64,000 nt of DNA from positions 946,845-1,010,844 of the forward strand of contig CANNCY010000001.1 in the NCBI GenBank assembly GCA_947503335.1, written 5' to 3'. The DNA comes from an uncultured Pseudomonadales bacterium. Lineage in GTDB: Bacteria > Pseudomonadota > Gammaproteobacteria > Pseudomonadales > CANNCY01. The notes beneath the pieces were generated by a model. The model had not been told where the DNA came from. It ran no database searches and saw nothing but the letters and a program-made list of their open reading frames with translations. Both the position numbers and the translations under genes were made by a program. Positions 58,616-64,000 of this stretch are shown in pieces. How positions within the stretch are numbered: the stretch's first letter is position 1; each line of letters opens with the position of its first letter.

Positions 58616-58972
58616 TTGTATAGGAAGAATAATTCAAACGAAGGGGATACTCCGATGGAACCAATAACAACAGCTGCTTTATCAGGCATTGTTTATGATA
58701 TGCTCAAGCATTCAGTTTTACTCACTGCGCGCAATATAAAATCACGACTAACGGACTGGTTGGTTGAGGATGGTATTGCAGAAAAACTGGAAATCGAACT
58801 AGCTAAACTCACCCTAAACGACGATATGAGTGAAAAGGCTATTAGAGCAACTATGGACTCATCGGATGCATTACTAGCATTAGTTAGCCAAATAAAGCCA
58901 TCAGCTACCTCTACAATCAATCAGTCTCATAGCGGTATCGGCGACAATGTAGCAACTATAAAAAATGCTTAA
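58616..58972 (+). CDS. Small helical protein of unknown function
   Basis: The likely true start is ATG 58655 (RBS aagggga 7 nt upstream), giving 105 aa. It ends in NQSHSGIGDNVATIKNA. It shares a reading frame with the next ORF. Confidence 0.5.
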   Translation: MYRKNNSNEGDTPMEPITTAALSGIVYDMLKHSVLLTARNIKSRLTDWLVEDGIAEKLEIELAKLTLNDDMSEKAIRATMDSSDALLALVSQIKPSATSTINQSHSGIGDNVATIKNA

Positions 58973-58975
58973 ATT

Positions 58976-61900
58976 ATGACTGACACTAAGCATTATAAAT
59001 CAGCTGCATCTCAGGTCCATAAGGGAACAGGCCATAACATTGTCGTTTATGAAAATCATAATGCAATAACACCTTCAACACTAAGTAGTAGTCTCAGCGA
59101 TATACTCCTGGATGTACTACACCGCAAGCACAGAGCAGTAAAAGAAAAAGTTGAGATCCTTGAAAAGTCAGGAAAACTTGATCCACAATCAACATACTTT
59201 CTTACAGCAATTAAACTGCTTGTAGATTTTGTTGAAGGGAAAATAGCTGATGATGCCCTAAGACAGCTAGATGCTATTGTGCAATCCGACCCTACTTCTG
59301 ACCTGCTGGACATTACTCAAGCAGCTAAAATAACCCTTTTTTGTAAACAGGGTGATCTGCTTAGTGCAAAAGCATTATTTGAATCAATTAAGTCCCCAGG
59401 GCTATATTCGCGTAGTGCCTTTTATGAATATTTACAAAACCCTAATGAGTTAAGTGCTATTTATGAAAGCTCTACTCATAACCTTGGTGAAGCAGAACTT
59501 TGTGCAATTATTAGAAGGAGCTTAACAACGAACAAATTCGCTTTGGCAGCAGGCATATCAGATCTTTTGGTGAAACGATACCCATCGGTTAACAGTCGTT
59601 TCCTGGAGGCTATTTCAAATATTAATGACTTGCTTCAAGGGCGAAATATCCACTTTTGGAATATTTCAGCGACTCAGAAAAAAGAACTATTTGAGTGGGC
59701 TGATAAGCTTTCTCTATTGCTCGATGAAAGTGAAGGCCTCGATGCTCGCGTAGTAGAGCTTTCCGGTCATGTATGTCATTTTTGTCATGGTGAACATCAG
59801 GGCTTGCTGGAGTCTTGCTGGAGGTATATATCTGCACTTGATAGACATGCGCCGCTCGCTGCTATGTCTATTCGTAGTGTTTTTGAAGCTAACCCAAACC
59901 ATGGTGATGGCTTAATCGGCGAGATGACTAAAGCGCAAAATGATAAGGCTTACCGAAAGGAAATAATAAATAATTTAAGGAACTCTAAAGATCTATCAGC
60001 AGAAGACGTTGTTATTCTGAGTCGATACGGCGATTCCGAGTCTATACAGGATTGGATAGAGAAAGGCGGACATATCGTCTCAGATGATGATTTTGAGAAT
60101 GACTACTCAATGCTTGAATTGGTTTGTTTTTCTTATAATAAATCACCGGAAGTTGACAAACAGATAGAAGCCCTAGGGAAAGCCTTTCTCGAAAAACACG
60201 AGGAAAAGTTTAGTGAAATTAATCCGCTTCGGCTCGTCGACCTTGCGAGCAAGCTGATTGATGCAAACCAAGCGTTTTTGGCTGCTCAGCTTTTAAGACC
60301 ACACATCCCCGAAGCAGATATCTGGCCTTCTGAACTTGTTCGGTGCTATTTGAACTCACTATTGGCTAGCGGTCAATATAAGACCCTCGACGAAGTGATT
60401 AAGCGAATCCCTCTTCACGAAAGAGATAGCTTTGTGTGGCACGTTGTAGCCACAAAGCTTGCATACCAAGGCGAAATACCAAATGCTATCAATACCTTAA
60501 AGAAGTCGCTTAAAATTTTTCCCTACTCTATCACTATACATAATTACCTTTTATATCTTTATGTTCGTCATGAATATCCCGAAAGGGAATTAAGCGACTT
60601 TCTTTCAGGCATCCCAGAAAAAATTCTCGAAAAAGAGTCTCCTCAGGCATTAAATATACTTTTTGCTATAGCCAAGTATCATGACTTTTCTGCGGCCGAA
60701 CGAATAATATTGAACTGGTATGTTGCAAATCCAATTACATCAGCAGTTTCGATTACCGACTTTTATGGAAGACTATTAGTTGATAAAACTATGCACCCTA
60801 CGCTTTCTCTTTCTTCGGGTAGCTGTCTTGGTGCATATCAATATACCAGAAATAACCACCATGTAACTCAGCTAGTTATTGCCGCTCATCTAGACACTGA
60901 GCATAATTCATTACTCAAAGAGGATACTCCATTAGCTAAAATTTTGATTGCTGGTGAAGATCAAATGCTTGGTACGAATAGTATAGAGAATATCAAACAG
61001 TTATCACCATTAGCGGCTGCCTTCTCACTTGCAGCTGAAATAAGGCAGGCAAATAATCATGGGTTCGACCCTTTTATGCAGCTTGGTGGGCACAATACGA
61101 CGGTAGAAGAGAGTGTTAATCAGCTAATCAAAGTACTTCAATCTCAGGACAATCGAGAAGATCAAATTTCCGACCCTAATATACCGCTATATATGAAGGG
61201 GCACAAAATCGGCAATGGGTGTCCAGTTCAGAAAGCTTATGACCACTTGACATCAAAAATTTCTCACAAAGAACCATTACCTAATTTTGGCACGGATAAG
61301 CCGGAGAGCGTAATTCTCGATATTTATGGAGTGCTACTCATTAGCTGTAATGGACTTTCATCGCCAATATCAGAGAGCGGTATCACCCTACATATAACTT
61401 ATGAAACCAAAAAGCTAATTTATAAATGGCTAGAGCAAGTTGATGATGAGCATGGCCGCTTCAATGTAGGCTCCGATGGCAAGATTTGGATGGAGTCATC
61501 AGAGGACATCCAACGAAAAACCAAAGCGATAAGAGATGGCATCAATGTCATCATGGACAATGCCAAAGTTCTTTCTCCAAACTTGGCTGATATGCCGCCT
61601 CAGCTGTCGTCAATTCATGACTCTGTTGATATATCAGTATTTTCAAGTATGACGCTGTCTCACGCAAACGACATACCCTGGTTATGTATTGATCCGATAT
61701 TTGCGAGCTTATGGCATACAACTAATAATAAGGTTATCAAGGCCAACAACTTTCTTCTGGCAATAGCGAAAAATGCGGATTTTGAAGATAAAAGAGAAGG
61801 TATATATCTTCATGTTGCTGCCGGAATGCCAAGATGGGTCGGTTTTGATGAACTTGTGGAGCTAAGTAAATCTGATAATGAGTACGCGCCATACTTTTTG

Positions 61901-62302
61901 GCAAAACTACTTGAGATGTATCCATCTTCATATGGAAATAGTCTTGATACAACGAGATTTTTGAGTGTTCTATTATCCAATTCTCTTTTAAAAATATTAC
62001 ATCCCAGTCACCCTATTTGGCATGGGTTGCATGAAATCAACCCTTTAAATAATGGCTACCTAGAAAAACTCTTTTACACCGTTTGCCGTGTAGTGCTCGC
62101 GTCAAAGAGCGAGCGGAATGCTGAGTATAAGTTTGCTTTTCTTATAAATCAGATAATCGATATTTTCGGTATACATGAAGAGGGTAGACGGTTGGTTTCA
62201 ATACTCGCTACCAGATTCGCTCGCGGTCACTTTCTGGATTTTAATGCCATTAACACTTACATAAAGTCTTTTTCCGTTATCGCTGAAGACAGCTCAGATT
62301 AG
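58976..62302 (+). CDS. Large (1108 aa) helical-repeat protein of unknown function
   Basis: Long uninterrupted ORF, AT-rich. No P-loop or catalytic motif recognised. The N-terminus SQVHKGTGHNIVVYENHN echoes the C-terminus of the upstream ORF. Confidence 0.6.
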   Translation: MTDTKHYKSAASQVHKGTGHNIVVYENHNAITPSTLSSSLSDILLDVLHRKHRAVKEKVEILEKSGKLDPQSTYFLTAIKLLVDFVEGKIADDALRQLDAIVQSDPTSDLLDITQAAKITLFCKQGDLLSAKALFESIKSPGLYSRSAFYEYLQNPNELSAIYESSTHNLGEAELCAIIRRSLTTNKFALAAGISDLLVKRYPSVNSRFLEAISNINDLLQGRNIHFWNISATQKKELFEWADKLSLLLDESEGLDARVVELSGHVCHFCHGEHQGLLESCWRYISALDRHAPLAAMSIRSVFEANPNHGDGLIGEMTKAQNDKAYRKEIINNLRNSKDLSAEDVVILSRYGDSESIQDWIEKGGHIVSDDDFENDYSMLELVCFSYNKSPEVDKQIEALGKAFLEKHEEKFSEINPLRLVDLASKLIDANQAFLAAQLLRPHIPEADIWPSELVRCYLNSLLASGQYKTLDEVIKRIPLHERDSFVWHVVATKLAYQGEIPNAINTLKKSLKIFPYSITIHNYLLYLYVRHEYPERELSDFLSGIPEKILEKESPQALNILFAIAKYHDFSAAERIILNWYVANPITSAVSITDFYGRLLVDKTMHPTLSLSSGSCLGAYQYTRNNHHVTQLVIAAHLDTEHNSLLKEDTPLAKILIAGEDQMLGTNSIENIKQLSPLAAAFSLAAEIRQANNHGFDPFMQLGGHNTTVEESVNQLIKVLQSQDNREDQISDPNIPLYMKGHKIGNGCPVQKAYDHLTSKISHKEPLPNFGTDKPESVILDIYGVLLISCNGLSSPISESGITLHITYETKKLIYKWLEQVDDEHGRFNVGSDGKIWMESSEDIQRKTKAIRDGINVIMDNAKVLSPNLADMPPQLSSIHDSVDISVFSSMTLSHANDIPWLCIDPIFASLWHTTNNKVIKANNFLLAIAKNADFEDKREGIYLHVAAGMPRWVGFDELVELSKSDNEYAPYFLAKLLEMYPSSYGNSLDTTRFLSVLLSNSLLKILHPSHPIWHGLHEINPLNNGYLEKLFYTVCRVVLASKSERNAEYKFAFLINQIIDIFGIHEEGRRLVSILATRFARGHFLDFNAINTYIKSFSVIAEDSSD

Positions 62303-62564
62303 CGTATCTACTAAGGCTACCCCGGGTGACAAGCATTGGATTACTCGTGAGAGGTCTCCATTTATATGACCTAAATCAAGCCAACTTAGCCAATTACATT
62401 GAGGAAACTTCATACAAGCGCCAAACAGTAGAACAGACGTAAAAGGGCCAAGCTTGGACTCATAAATTAGCTACAGGTAAAAATATGTCCCGTATAAGGC
62501 GGCTAAGTATATATGAGCCGGAAAGGTACCTGGTCGAAGAATTTATAATAATCAAAAACGAAAG

Positions 62565-62592
62565 ACCCCAGCTGCTTTTCAGCAACTGGGGT
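62565..62592 (-). terminator. Terminator hairpin abutting att-like core copy 3
   Basis: Stem accccagctgc / gcaactggggt with one mismatch. TCTTTCGTTTT follows on the minus strand. Confidence 0.5.
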
Positions 62593-62597
62593 TAAGA

Positions 62598-62611
62598 TGG
62601 CATCCCGTAGG
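62598..62611. repeat. att-like core copy 3, TGGCATCCCGTAGG
   Basis: Same orientation as copies 1 and 2. The high-coordinate flank resembles that of copy 1. Confidence 0.55.
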
Positions 62612-62863
62612 TGAGTCGCATAAGGCCAAATTTAGTAAGATTTATGTTCAATTAGTGACCAGACACTCTACAAATCAATCACTTACAGTAAAAGTGACTA
62701 AAAATAAAACTTCTCAAAAACTGCGATATCGAGTCGAAATGACCTATAAAACAAGTCTCTAACGGGTGATTTTGCCGCCAAAATGTTCGCCATTTCAACT
62801 GGCGTTAAGTCGAAATGGCTAACGAAACGCAGGCCTTATTACAAAGCTATAAATATAAATTGA

Positions 62864-63985
62864 CTACAAATCTATATTAGTCGCGACTAACTTATAGCGC
62901 ATGCTTCTGCCACCACCCTTGAGGGGCACAAGCACCTTATGTTGCACAAGATCGGCAAGATGTCTCGTGGCCGTAGCCTTACTGACCTTACACGCACTAG
63001 CATAGTGTCGAGCTGACAACCCTTCAGAAAAATCTCCATCGAGTAGTCGATTAATCATTTTCAACTGCTTTTCATTGAGTCTTGAAGATTCGATCTCATC
63101 TAAAAATCTACGTTTCTGCAGCGTGATTTCAACTTGATCAAATGATTGTTCAACCGCTTGATTTAAAGTATCTACAAACCACTGTAACCAACCTGTTATC
63201 TCAACCCCTGAACGCTGAGTCGACTCAAGCATACGGTAGTACTCGCTTCGATTTTCAAGAATTGATGATGACATCGACGCTAAGAACAGCAGCTCTTCGT
63301 TGACATTCCGTAAAGCTAAATCTGAAATCGCCCTACAAACTCGCCCATTACCATCATCGAATGGGTGTATCGTTACGAACCACAGATGTGCAATACCTGC
63401 CCTTAGAACAGGCTCTACAGCACCATCTTTTTTACTTCCATTAAACCAATCTACGAACGCCAATAGCTCAGACGGTAATTCATCAGAATCAGGCGCCTCA
63501 AAATGCACCTTGCGGCTTCTCCCGCTGCCAGAAACAACCTGCATTATTTCGCCTGATCGTAGTTCGCCAATTGTGAGATCCGGGTACAGTAGAGGATGGT
63601 CACTGAATAACAACGACTGCCATTTACATAGAAGTTCAACCGATATGAAGCCATCGCTCTCGATTACCTGAGCAACTAATTCAGCTAATCCTTGCTCTCT
63701 AGCTTGGCTCTTATTGGGCTGCTGATCTGCGAGATTAAGCCTGTGAGCTAGAGATGAACGTAGTGAGTTTGCAGAGACGACTTCACCTTCGATAGCCGAA
63801 CTTGCAAGCATGCTAGATAGCAGCATATCTATTTTAACGGCGCGATTAGTGTGTGTTGATTGGTTTGCCTGAAGCAATCGCCCTAGGTTTGTATATAAAG
63901 CGCGAAGCGCTGGAGACAACGCGGCCAGATCATATTCAAAGTTTGGCCAACGCTCATGCTGCCATATCCATCTCGGATCTTTCAT
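62864..63985 (-). CDS. Fic-family protein (class II, auto-inhibited) with an N-terminal DUF4172-like region and a C-terminal wHTH
   Basis: 373 aa. Fic motif HPFDDGNGRVCRA. The inhibitory-helix motif SSAIEGE fits [ST]xxxE[GN]. C-terminal HTH SKATATRHLADLV. Confidence 0.88.
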   Translation of the reverse strand: MKDPRWIWQHERWPNFEYDLAALSPALRALYTNLGRLLQANQSTHTNRAVKIDMLLSSMLASSAIEGEVVSANSLRSSLAHRLNLADQQPNKSQAREQGLAELVAQVIESDGFISVELLCKWQSLLFSDHPLLYPDLTIGELRSGEIMQVVSGSGRSRKVHFEAPDSDELPSELLAFVDWFNGSKKDGAVEPVLRAGIAHLWFVTIHPFDDGNGRVCRAISDLALRNVNEELLFLASMSSSILENRSEYYRMLESTQRSGVEITGWLQWFVDTLNQAVEQSFDQVEITLQKRRFLDEIESSRLNEKQLKMINRLLDGDFSEGLSARHYASACKVSKATATRHLADLVQHKVLVPLKGGGRSMRYKLVATNIDL

Positions 63986-64000
63986 AATCGGCTCACTAAT

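Noticed and set aside
61300-62302. A PIN-like nuclease fold in the C-terminal part of the 1108-aa protein (VILDIYGVL ... CIDPIF).
   Set aside because: This rests only on two Asp-containing hydrophobic strands seen by eye. The four-acidic-residue pattern cannot be verified without profile or structure tools, so it is not claimed.

Overview
Mosaic accessory region, AT-rich by eye (about 35-40% GC) with higher-GC inserts. It most likely comes from a marine gammaproteobacterial chromosome island or plasmid; that host guess is inference only. No rRNA, convincing tRNA or CRISPR array was seen.

Layout from left to right:
- 1-2.6 kb: two copies of a terminator plus att-like core (TGGCATCCCGTA[C/G]GG) bracket a HigB/HigA-like toxin-antitoxin pair, a decayed IS6 copy and an NTF2-like secreted protein.
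- 3.0-5.9 kb: an IS6-family array (one 89-bp remnant, one truncated copy, one intact 782-bp copy) brackets two unknown genes.
- 6.1-9.1 kb: an orphan gene, a minimal merR-merC-GDCCVxC cluster and mntP.
- 9.2-14.6 kb: a complete QatABCD defence operon sits directly behind a serine resolvase and its res-like site.
- 14.6-38.1 kb: a heavy-metal island. It holds cadR-like/CDF/transglutaminase-like/czcD, czcI-like-czcCBA, a MerR-family regulator-copA-cupredoxin operon, copCD, and cusCBA translationally coupled to a PepSY/ferredoxin-reductase pair, plus a DUF411 gene.
- 38.2-38.8 kb: an IS21 remnant.
- About 39.4-58.4 kb: a block of roughly 50% GC. It carries small unknown genes, a methyltransferase, an unusual ParB-like + two tyrosine-recombinase-fold gene operon, a large serine recombinase cassette, a complete Wadjet JetABCD operon and a divergent WYL regulator.
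- 58.6-62.3 kb: an AT-rich, unclassifiable pair of 105/118 aa and 1108 aa. The two ORFs lie in the same reading frame, separated by a single stop codon.
- 62.6-64.0 kb: a third att-like core, then a class II Fic protein that appears to start the next element.

The best candidate for something undescribed is the 58.6-62.3 kb pair. The multi-recombinase operon at 43.1-47.6 kb is second.
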